A stretch of DNA of 64,000 nt from Bacteroidetes bacterium UBA6161 (GTDB taxonomy: Bacteria; Bacteroidota; Bacteroidia; NS11-12g; UBA955), in NCBI GenBank assembly GCA_002422315.1, contig DIUJ01000051.1:24887-88886 (forward strand), in the 5' to 3' direction. Positions 26,502-34,510 of the stretch are shown one piece after another (position 1 is the first letter of the stretch; every line of letters begins with the position of its first letter). A program made the translations under genes and the position numbers. The notes beneath the pieces are model-generated. The model made no database searches and was not told the DNA's origin. It saw only the letters and a list, made by a program, of their open reading frames with translations.

Positions 26502-26787
26502 ATATTTTTCTTTTAAAACAAGTTTATTAGTTCACATATTCTTGTATGGGTATCTCGTAATGAACTATTTGCATTCTTTTATGCATTCTTTTAAATGGCT
26601 TATTTACTTTATTCTCTTACACATTGCCCAATTTATAGATTTTAGATTGCCCAGTCGTTGGATTATTTCTTATTTGTTGGAGTATTTTTACTTACAATTT
26701 CTCTGTTACCTAGATTAATTTTTACGTATTGATCCCCAAAAAGAAAATATATTTTTTTATTTCTCTAAGAAATCGTAATATTGCGAT

Positions 26788-27111
26788 ATGGGAATAACAA
26801 AGACGGAAGGTTTTGAACCTGCACTTTTACAGCATGTGGTGGTGCTTAAAGCTCTCGCGCACCCCGCCCGACTTGCCATTTTATTGCATATCTTGCAAAG
26901 TAAGTCGTGTATTTGTACCGATTTAGTAAAAGAATTGAACCTTGCACAGTCCACTATCTCCAAGCATTTGGCAGAGCTAAAAACTGCAAACCTTATTCAA
27001 GGAAGCATAGAGCAAAATTCCTACTGTTATTGTATAAACCCAACAGAACTCACAAAAATTTCTAATTTTATTCAAAATTTAATACCCATTCAAAACTTTA
27101 ATTGCTGTTAA
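26788..27111 (+). CDS. arsR: ArsR/SmtB family metalloregulator
   Basis: wHTH LKALAHPARLAILLHIL, CxC metal site SCICTDLVKEL and STISKHLAELK. Confidence 0.9.
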   Translation: MGITKTEGFEPALLQHVVVLKALAHPARLAILLHILQSKSCICTDLVKELNLAQSTISKHLAELKTANLIQGSIEQNSYCYCINPTELTKISNFIQNLIPIQNFNCC

Positions 27112-27113
27112 GT

Positions 27114-27626
27114 ATGAACACAAACAATCCTTTCCCAAGAATGCACGTCTCTTTGTATGTAAACAATTTGGCTGCTACTGTAAATTTTTACAATCAGTTT
27201 TTTGGCCAAGCGGCCACTAAAATAAAACCCGGCTATGCCAAGTATGTACTAGAAAAGCCAAGCCTTATTATTTCGTTTATAGAAAACCCAGAAAGGGTAC
27301 AGGCTCATTTTGGGCATTTGGGTTTTCAGGTAGAAACCCAAGAAGCCATGCAAGCTGCCTTGGAAGCGGCCAAAAAACAAGGTTTGGTAAGTAAAGAGGA
27401 GCTAGGTACTTCTTGTTGTTATGCGGTACAAGACAAGTTTTGGGCTACAGACCCAGATGGGGTTCAGTGGGAAGTTTATTATTTTCATGAAGATGCGGAG
27501 TTTAACGATCCCCATTACGAAACCCAAGATGCGAGTGCATGTTGTATGCCTCCGGTTTCTGAAGCAAAACCAAAGAAAACCATCCAAGAGATAGTATCCT
27601 GTACCCCAAATAGTGGTTGCTGCTAG
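27114..27626 (+). CDS. arsI: ArsI/CadI-family glyoxalase-fold metalloenzyme (candidate C-As lyase)
   Basis: VOC/glyoxalase fold with vicinal cysteines in GTSCCYAVQDKFWATDPDGVQWEVY. Cys-rich C-terminus (CC...C...CC). ATG at 27114 preferred over the track's TTG at 27102. Confidence 0.7.
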   Translation: MNTNNPFPRMHVSLYVNNLAATVNFYNQFFGQAATKIKPGYAKYVLEKPSLIISFIENPERVQAHFGHLGFQVETQEAMQAALEAAKKQGLVSKEELGTSCCYAVQDKFWATDPDGVQWEVYYFHEDAEFNDPHYETQDASACCMPPVSEAKPKKTIQEIVSCTPNSGCC

Positions 27627-27629
27627 TAT

Positions 27630-28241
27630 ATGAAAAGTGTAGAGGAGTTTTATCAAGAAATCAAAGGGATTTCTATAGGCCAACAAAGGCAGGAGCTTTT
27701 GTTAGAAATAGCAAAGGGAATACAGCAGAATCTCGATAAAAACATAAGACTTAATCTTTTGTTTGTATGCACCCACAATTCCAGAAGGAGTCAATTTGGG
27801 CAGCTTTGGGCTTCTTATTTTAGCCAGATATTAGGCTTTTCGGAGTATATTTCTTGTTTTTCTGCAGGAACAGAAGCCACGGAATGCAATATTCGCACCA
27901 TACGAGCCCTTGAAAGTGCAGGGTTTAGGGCGCAGTTTAGCGTGTGCCAGCCAAACCCCAAGTACGATCTGTTTTCAGGCAAGGAAGTTAGTCCTATTCG
28001 ATTGTTTTCTAAAACTATTGACGATAGTTCTTTGCCCAAGGAAAACATCGTAGCCCTTATGACCTGCTCCGATGCAGAAGAAAATTGCCCGTATGTAAAT
28101 GGAACACTTTTGAAATTTAGTTTAAACTATAAGGATCCCAAAGAATTTGACAACACCCTTGAGGAAAAAGAAGCGTATTGGCTAAAAAGTAAGGAAATAG
28201 CTTCGGAGATATTATTTATTTTAAAACACTTAAAAAAATGA
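27630..28241 (+). CDS. arsC: Arsenate reductase, LMW phosphotyrosine-phosphatase family
   Basis: P-loop CTHNSRRS (CX5R) and downstream TCSDAEENCP. Carries an N-terminal ~35-aa extension. Confidence 0.85.
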   Translation: MKSVEEFYQEIKGISIGQQRQELLLEIAKGIQQNLDKNIRLNLLFVCTHNSRRSQFGQLWASYFSQILGFSEYISCFSAGTEATECNIRTIRALESAGFRAQFSVCQPNPKYDLFSGKEVSPIRLFSKTIDDSSLPKENIVALMTCSDAEENCPYVNGTLLKFSLNYKDPKEFDNTLEEKEAYWLKSKEIASEILFILKHLKK

Positions 28242-29269
28242 CAGACAAAAAAACAGGAATTGGTTTTTTCGAAAAATACCTAAGTATATGGGTAGCTGCA
28301 TGTATTGTGATAGGCGTGGTTTTAGGATCCTTGTTCCCGGGGGTATTTCAAGTTCTTACCCATATACAAGTTTCTGGTATTAACCTACCCATTGCCATAT
28401 TGGTTTGGGCGATGATTTTTCCAATGATGGTTCAAATAGATTTTGGTTCCTTGGGCCAAAGCATGCAATTTAAGAAAGGTTTGTTTCTTACGCTGTTTAT
28501 CAATTGGGTTTTGAAACCCCTTTCCATGGCATTGTTTGCTTGGGTGTTTTTCAAGTATTTGTATGCTGCTTTCCTAAGTCCAGAGCAAGCACAAGAATAT
28601 ATTGCAGGAGCCATTTTGTTAGGCGCAGCACCATGCACAGCTATGGTATTTGTATGGTCTTTTTTAACCAAGGGCAATGCCAACTATACCTTAGTTCAAG
28701 TAGCGGTAAACGACATTGTATTGTTAGTTCTATTTGTGCCCATTGTTTCTTTACTCATTGGGGTTAGCGATATACACATACCCTACGATACCCTTTTTTA
28801 TTCTGTAGTATTGTTTGTATTGTTGCCCCTATTGGCAGGTTTTTTTGCCAATAAAATACTTGTTAGAAAAAAAGGGAAAGAATGGTTTCAGCAGAGCTTT
28901 TTACCGGGTTTAAAACCTATATCTATTCTTGCACTGCTGCTTACTTTAGTGTTAATTTTTGCATACCAAGGGCCACAAATTGTCTCAAATCCTTGGAATA
29001 TATTTTTGATAGCCATACCATTAACCATACAAACCTATTTTATATTTTTTACCACATGGATTATGGGCCGAAAGTTAAGATTAAACAAAGACATCGCTGG
29101 GCCATCGGCTCTGATAGGTGCTAGTAATTTCTTTGAGTTGGCGGTAGTAGTTGCTATTTTGCTTTTCGGGATAGATTCGGGAGCGGTTTTGGCAACAGTG
29201 GTAGGGGTGCTTATAGAGGTGCCTGTAATGCTAAGTTTGGTATGGTGGGTTAATAAACAAAAGGGGTAG
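28238..29269 (+). CDS. acr3: ACR3-family arsenite efflux permease
   Basis: About 10 TM helices with FFEKYLSIWVAACIV and the conserved GAAPCTAMVFVW segment. Overlaps arsC by 4 nt. Confidence 0.9.
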   Translation: MTDKKTGIGFFEKYLSIWVAACIVIGVVLGSLFPGVFQVLTHIQVSGINLPIAILVWAMIFPMMVQIDFGSLGQSMQFKKGLFLTLFINWVLKPLSMALFAWVFFKYLYAAFLSPEQAQEYIAGAILLGAAPCTAMVFVWSFLTKGNANYTLVQVAVNDIVLLVLFVPIVSLLIGVSDIHIPYDTLFYSVVLFVLLPLLAGFFANKILVRKKGKEWFQQSFLPGLKPISILALLLTLVLIFAYQGPQIVSNPWNIFLIAIPLTIQTYFIFFTTWIMGRKLRLNKDIAGPSALIGASNFFELAVVVAILLFGIDSGAVLATVVGVLIEVPVMLSLVWWVNKQKG

Positions 29270-29326
29270 AATGCAGTTAGGAATTCCGCCTAAAAATTTT
29301 CCCTAATTCAGGATTGGCCTAATTAT

Positions 29327-29367
29327 TCTTTTACTTTTTGGCGATGACCGGTTGGGAATTGTAGATT
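29327..29367. repeat. 41-bp direct repeat, copy 1 (TCTTTTACTTTTTGGCGATGACCGGTTGGGAATTGTAGATT)
   Basis: Identical, by direct reading, to 30181-30221. Confidence 0.9.
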
Positions 29368-29441
29368 GAAGATTTCAGATTGAAGATTGTAGATTGAAGA
29401 TTGTAGATTGAAGATTGTAGATTGAAGATTGTAGATTGAAG
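29358..29441. repeat. Six tandem 14-bp repeats (ATTGTAGATTGAAG; unit 2 is ATTTCAGATTGAAG)
   Basis: Units start at 29358, 29372, 29386, 29400, 29414 and 29428. The cognate position in the second copy (30213-30236) carries a different short repeat (TAGATTTT-like). Confidence 0.9.
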
Positions 29442-30180
29442 ATTTTTTAGCCGTGGTTAGTGCTATGCATGGTTATGGCAAGGTTTTCGGTTTCGCATAT
29501 CCTCGGTCTTCGGCTTCGCTCAGACACCGAGGGGCGGATAGTTTCATTCTTTGCTTGGTGTTTGCCACCAACCAGCTAATAAAAATTGACCTAGGCTTTC
29601 AGCCTGCGGTGCTTGTATTATGTCAAATAACCTAAGGCCTTGCCTTAGGTTAGACTAAGCTAGGCTTTCAGCCTATGAAAGTACAGTCAATCATCCGCTA
29701 CCTCGCCCTGAAAGGGCAACTTATCTCCGCTCAAGGCAAGGCCTTGGGGTATAAAAAAGCAACAACAATTTACGCCCTGAAAGGGCAGCTTAGTCTACAT
29801 AGCTACACTGTAAACCTATTGTAGGACGAGTCAATATTGAGCCCGGCTCAATCTTCCCACATTTTGCCCCAATAAAGCGGCATTATTACCCGAAAATTCT
29901 TTAACGGAAACGATTACTTAATTCCTATGGTTTAAACCGTGGGCTAGAATTTAATAAAATTGCATTTGGCAATGAAGCACCAAAGGTGCGCAATCAATAG
30001 CATAGCCTGAAAGGGCTATGAAAGAAATCAAGCAACCATAATAAAAGCGCCAAAGGTGCGCAATAATGTATGCTTTTTGCATTAGCACCCAGAAATTCTT
30101 TAACTTTCCCATAAGGTTGGTGTTACTTGTTTATCAATTTGTTGCGCGACAACTATCACTCTTAAATAAGCCTTTATTTG
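29442..30180. other. ORF-poor, comparatively GC-rich region densely packed with short stem-loops (candidate structured RNA or cluster of REP-like palindromes)
   Basis: At least a dozen 5-7 bp hairpins read directly, e.g. CCTCGGT...ACCGAGG, AGGCTTTCAGCCT (x2), CCTAAGGccttgCCTTAGG, GCCCTGAAAGGGC (x2), ATTGAGCccgGCTCAAT, GCACCAAAGGTGC, ATAGCCtgaaagGGCTAT. Only one 60-aa ORF. Confidence 0.5.
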
Positions 30181-30221
30181 TCTTTTACTTTTTGGCGATG
30201 ACCGGTTGGGAATTGTAGATT
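30181..30221. repeat. 41-bp direct repeat, copy 2
   Basis: Identical to 29327-29367. Both copies are followed by short tandem repeats and then TTTTTAGCCNTGGTTAG. Confidence 0.9.
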
Positions 30222-30397
30222 TTTAGATTTTAGATTTTTCCCGTTTTTTTTTAGCCCTGGTTAGAATTTCATGTCCTCAACTTGTTGCAGGACCACCAAG
30301 CAAACGGTAAAATTGAATACTTTAGTTTTCGACCAAAGTCTTCAATTCCCACAGATTTCTAATTTTTTCTTGTTACTCTAATGCTTAACTTTGCAGC

Positions 30398-30601
30398 ATG
30401 TTAGCATCCTTCGTAATTATTTTAGCAGTTATACTTGTTGCAGCCCTAGGGGTTGGGGTAAGATTACTTTTTGTAAAAGACGCTGCGGTGAGAGGTACAT
30501 GTGCATCTCAGAGCCCTTTTTTGAACAAAGAAGGAGAGTCTTGTAGCTACTGTGGCAAGCCCGCAGGTGAAAAGTGCGATACCGAAATTAAAGGGGCCTA
30601 A
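30398..30601 (+). CDS. Small membrane protein with a Cys-rich tail, unknown function
   Basis: TM helix LASFVIILAVILVAALGVGV, then C...CSYCGKPAGEKC. Confidence 0.45.
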   Translation: MLASFVIILAVILVAALGVGVRLLFVKDAAVRGTCASQSPFLNKEGESCSYCGKPAGEKCDTEIKGA

Positions 30602-30770
30602 TAGTTCCTTTGTAACACAAAAGGCCCGATTAAGGTTATTTCGCCTTCGCAACCAATACATTTTTCAATTCGTTTTAAGCGTTATTGTACCACACAGTTT
30701 AGCTTATTCTTTCCCGGTTTATTGTATCACTTTTTTGTTAGAAAAATGATTGGTTAATGAATTCTGTAAC

Positions 30771-30983
30771 TTATTCTGCTTTCTTAGCAGGACATGTTTT
30801 TATACCTAAAACGGAATAAAGTGGGCAAAATCCAATTAGACTAGTAAGTACAAAAACAGCAGCAGCTACGAGTAATACAATTCCCAAAGTGCCTGATATA
30901 GTTTCGTTGTAGTATAAAAATCCTACGATTGCAGCAATTATCAAACGGATAATTTTGTCTGCGTTTCCCATGTTTGTTTTCAT
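30771..30983 (-). CDS. DUF2892 (YgaP-like) small membrane protein (start likely the ATG at 30983)
   Basis: NADKIIRLIIAAIVGFLYY...LVLTSLIGFCPLYSVLGIKTC matches the DUF2892 pattern (two TM helices, CP.Y..LG motif). Confidence 0.7.
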   Translation of the reverse strand: MKTNMGNADKIIRLIIAAIVGFLYYNETISGTLGIVLLVAAAVFVLTSLIGFCPLYSVLGIKTCPAKKAE

Positions 30984-31243
30984 TTTGTTAATTATTTGTA
31001 TTTCAAAGGTATTAAAATATCTCATAAGAGTATATAATTCTTTTTTCAACTATTTATATCCTAATTATTGGAGAGCTCCCAATAGCATAAAACAAGTAAT
31101 TTCATATACCCTAAGAATACCTATTCGCATATCCGTGTAAAAATCTAATGTTGGAAATTTGGGATAAATCATAAAACAGAATATTTATCATATTTTAGGT
31201 TTAAGAATTCTTGTAAACTTGCAGAAACATTATAGTATTAAAT

Positions 31244-31648
31244 ATGAAAATCACAACAGAAAGCAAGCTTATTGAAATAAAAAAAGCTTTTAGTTCACAT
31301 TACCCTGGTCTTAAAATAGAATTCTTCATAGACAAGAACAATGACGGAAATTTAACTGCCGATGAGAAATATAGCGAAGGCGAAAGTCTTTTGTCAGAAA
31401 TAAGTAATTCAACCAACAGCATTTTAGACATGTCGAAACATACTACCGCAGCTGATTTGGAAAATGCATTTAAAGAACACTTTGCGGTAATGGTACAAGT
31501 ATTTCGTAAAAGTGGGTCAGCGTGGTTGATGACAAGCGCAAGCGATAGTATTGCCCTTAGTGAGTTGAGTAACCAAGCACTACAGAGTACAATGCCGAGT
31601 GCAGGGGAGGCCCCTTTGGATGCAATGGATAGAATGGAATTGGAGTAA
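31244..31648 (+). CDS. Hypothetical protein (134 aa)
   Basis: Isolated ORF with ATG start. No motif recognised. Confidence 0.45.
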   Translation: MKITTESKLIEIKKAFSSHYPGLKIEFFIDKNNDGNLTADEKYSEGESLLSEISNSTNSILDMSKHTTAADLENAFKEHFAVMVQVFRKSGSAWLMTSASDSIALSELSNQALQSTMPSAGEAPLDAMDRMELE

Positions 31649-31733
31649 TGCCTAAGTTAATTCGTGAAAGTATTTTTTTTATTTATATTAATTCAGGATT
31701 AATTGTATGTTCGCATCTTAAATTTAATAAAAC

Positions 31734-32384
31734 ATGAAAATACTAAAACTATTGACTTTCGCACTGTTAGTTTCTGTTGTATCTTTAACTAGTTGTGAAA
31801 AAGAAGGCCCCGCTGGCAAAGATGGAATTGCTGGTATAGACGGTAAGGACGGCGCAGATGGAGAAGACGGTAAAGATGGATTGAATGGAGAAAAAGGCTT
31901 GGATGGTAAAGATGGTATAAACGGTAAAGACGGAATAGACGGCAAAGATGGAGTGGATGGCAAAGACGGCACTGCCCAATTAAAGGTTTTTAACTTTAGC
32001 GTATCACAAACCAGCTGGACAAATTCTGGCACTGCCAATCAGGTTGGGGCATATACCTTTTATAACTACACAAATCCACAGATTACTCCAGCCATGTTGG
32101 ATTCTAGTATGGTTATGGTATACCAGGTTATTGCAAATAAATTATTGCCCTTGCCAAGAGTTCTATTTACTGGAACAGGAACAGTATTAAATCTAAACTA
32201 TGAGATTTCACCAGGCCTTGTAGAATTAAAAATCTTTGCAAATGATTGGGGACAGTATTTACTTACCGGTACATCCTTATTTAGATTGGTTATAATTCCT
32301 GCCAATGCTGCATCTGTCCCTGGATTTAGTTGGGATAATTACGAAGAGATAGTAAAAAAGTATGCATACAAAGAAACAATCTAG
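31734..32384 (+). CDS. Lipoprotein with a collagen-like G-X-Y triple-helix repeat region
   Basis: Signal plus lipobox (SLTSC), then about 19 uninterrupted GXY triplets (GPAGKDGIAGIDGKDGADGEDGKDGLNGEKGLDGKDGINGKDGIDGKDGVDGKDG), then a ~135-aa globular C-terminal domain. Confidence 0.8.
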   Translation: MKILKLLTFALLVSVVSLTSCEKEGPAGKDGIAGIDGKDGADGEDGKDGLNGEKGLDGKDGINGKDGIDGKDGVDGKDGTAQLKVFNFSVSQTSWTNSGTANQVGAYTFYNYTNPQITPAMLDSSMVMVYQVIANKLLPLPRVLFTGTGTVLNLNYEISPGLVELKIFANDWGQYLLTGTSLFRLVIIPANAASVPGFSWDNYEEIVKKYAYKETI

Positions 32385-32433
32385 TTTATAAAAACAAGGT
32401 TTTGGGGAGTGCTTATCCCTCACATTTTTTTAA

Positions 32434-32466
32434 ACCCCGAAACACTCTTTCGGGGTTTTTTATTTA
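32434..32466 (+). terminator. Rho-independent terminator (AACCCCGAAAcactcTTTCGGGGTT plus T-run)
   Basis: 10-bp stem followed by TTTTTTAT, about 50 nt after the 32384 stop. Lies between convergent genes. Confidence 0.8.
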
Positions 32467-32476
32467 CAAAACTTTA

Positions 32477-34423
32477 CTATTTGCTTTGCAAAAACAAACT
32501 TAGATTGGCTACTCTAAAAATAAATTTATGAGATTGTAAGTCCTTTTTTTGCATTAATTTATCCCAGTCTTTTTCTAATTTCGACTGAATAATAAAGGGG
32601 TTGTTTGTGTCCAAACAAAGGGATTTTAGGTTTTCTTCTTGTAAGAGGTTCCAAGCTATGTCGGGCATACTGTAACCTTTCTTATCTTTACGCCAAGCAA
32701 TTTGCTTGGGTATTAAGTTTTCTACGGATTTTCTAAGAATATACTTACTCCAGCCCTTGTAAATTTTTTGACTTGCTGGAATAGAGAAAGCGAGTTTTGC
32801 TAAATTTTTATCATCGGCAAAAGGGTTGCGAGACTCTATGCCGTGCCACATGCTACTGCGGTCTTCCCATTGAAGCATTTCTCTAAGTCTTTGACCATAA
32901 TAATCCTGCCAAAGTGCTTGGTTTAGGTTGTTTGGATAGCTTTCCAAAGCCAAAGATCTGTTTTGGTATAACTCTAAAAACTCTGGTTTGATGTACTTAA
33001 GCCAATCTTTGGAAACTTTAGCTAACTGCCATGCCAAGCTAGGGGGGAGTATATTGATACCAAATTGTCTAAGTATCCATTTGTTTAGTTCACTTGCAGA
33101 AACAGGCGAATTATGTAAATGAGTAAACAAAGAAATTTTTTGGCCCAAACTAGATTCTGCAAAGAAGCTGTAATAGTAGGTGCCATATCCTGCAAAAAGT
33201 TCGTCTGCTCCTTGGCCATTGAAAAGAACTTTGACTCCTTGTTTGTTTACTTTTTCTAACAATTGCATGTGGGCCAAATTGTTGTATCCTAATAATGGAG
33301 AGTCGTTACAATGCTGAAGCAAAGGCAGATGTGTGTGAAATTCAGCGGGATTAATGTTTTGAATGTGGTGTTCTGCATGTAGATTTTGAATGCCAATTTT
33401 TTGCCAACTGCTCTCATCATAACTACTTACACCGCTATTTGCAGAAAATAATTGCAAGGGTGTTTTGGGTTGTGACTTGGCAGCTAAATGTACTAAAATG
33501 CTACTATCTATACCGCCACTGTAAGCAAACCCGATAGGTACATCGGAAACCATTCTAGAAGAAACAGAAGCTTGTAATTGCTGCAAAAGGGATTCTGCAG
33601 AAACAATAGATTGGTTTGTAAAATTGGCTTGGCTTGTATATTTTTCTAGGGTAAAAGCGCCCGAAAGTAGGTCTAATTGAAAGAGGGTACCAGCCTCTAA
33701 TTCTTTTACTTGCCCATAAAAATGCTGTGTATCGCAGCTTATCTTGCTATTTACCAAATAGTCGAATATAGGGGCTTCTTGTATGTTTTTGTTTGGTAAA
33801 ATATTTCCTATAAACGCTTTAGGTTCGGAGGCAAAGCCAAAGTAGGCGGAGTTTTGTACATAGTAAATTGGCTTTACGGCATTATAATCTCTTGCTCCAA
33901 AAAGTATTTTTTTTTCGGTATCACATATCACAAAAGCAAAGAAGCCATTTAATCTAGACAGCATTTCTTGGCCCCAAGCTTGGTAAGCTACAAGCAATAC
34001 TTCGGTGTCGGATTCTCCAGCAAAAGAATAACCTTTTTGCAAAAGTTCTTGCTTTAATTCCTGGCTATTAAAAATTTCTCCATTATATACCAGCCAAATA
34101 TTTTTTTGTGGGTTGCACATCGGCTGATGCCCTTTTTCGCTCAATTCTCGAATAGCTAATCTTCTGTGAGCAAAAAAAACAGATTGGTTTTGTTCAAGGA
34201 CTGATTGTATGGGTTGAGAAGGGGTAAAGGGGAGAGAAGAGGTAAAGGAAATTGTTTTAGAACCAGAAAAAGAGGTGGCTAGCAATGAACTTTCGTTAAA
34301 ACTAACATAGCCTTCGTCGTCGGGGCCTCTATGAGCCAAAGCATTGTTCATACTTTGAATCCATTCAAATTTTACCTTATTTGGCTTCTCAGAAAAATCT
34401 ACAAAACCGCTTATTCCACACAT
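32477..34423 (-). CDS. asnB: Asparagine synthase (glutamine-hydrolysing)
   Basis: N-terminal MCGI Ntn-amidotransferase nucleophile and PP-loop AYSGGIDSS in the synthetase domain. Confidence 0.85.
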   Translation of the reverse strand: MCGISGFVDFSEKPNKVKFEWIQSMNNALAHRGPDDEGYVSFNESSLLATSFSGSKTISFTSSLPFTPSQPIQSVLEQNQSVFFAHRRLAIRELSEKGHQPMCNPQKNIWLVYNGEIFNSQELKQELLQKGYSFAGESDTEVLLVAYQAWGQEMLSRLNGFFAFVICDTEKKILFGARDYNAVKPIYYVQNSAYFGFASEPKAFIGNILPNKNIQEAPIFDYLVNSKISCDTQHFYGQVKELEAGTLFQLDLLSGAFTLEKYTSQANFTNQSIVSAESLLQQLQASVSSRMVSDVPIGFAYSGGIDSSILVHLAAKSQPKTPLQLFSANSGVSSYDESSWQKIGIQNLHAEHHIQNINPAEFHTHLPLLQHCNDSPLLGYNNLAHMQLLEKVNKQGVKVLFNGQGADELFAGYGTYYYSFFAESSLGQKISLFTHLHNSPVSASELNKWILRQFGINILPPSLAWQLAKVSKDWLKYIKPEFLELYQNRSLALESYPNNLNQALWQDYYGQRLREMLQWEDRSSMWHGIESRNPFADDKNLAKLAFSIPASQKIYKGWSKYILRKSVENLIPKQIAWRKDKKGYSMPDIAWNLLQEENLKSLCLDTNNPFIIQSKLEKDWDKLMQKKDLQSHKFIFRVANLSLFLQSK

Positions 34424-34510
34424 TTATTTAAGGTACTAATATTAACTTTCAAATTAACCCCATTTTTTATTATTTGCAAATAATTACCTTGGAGTAAAGG
34501 GCAATTGTTA

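Noticed and set aside
29453-29635. 60-aa ORF in the hairpin-rich region
   Set aside because: It starts with an alternative codon, runs through several palindromic hairpins, has no recognisable features, and the surrounding ~700 bp is otherwise closed in all frames.
29270-30400. Known housekeeping RNAs (tmRNA, RNase P RNA, SRP RNA, 6S RNA, common riboswitches) in the ORF-free region
   Set aside because: I could not find their hallmark conserved strings by eye on either strand (e.g. GGAAAGTCC for RNase P, a tRNA-like T-arm for tmRNA, the SRP domain IV motif, the B12 box). This is a weak negative that needs an Infernal scan.
31724-32038. Antisense ORFs 31724-32038 and 31785-31979 (PSLPS-repeat peptides)
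   Set aside because: They mirror the GXY triplet repeat on the opposite strand. The sense ORF has a signal peptide, a lipobox and a terminator.
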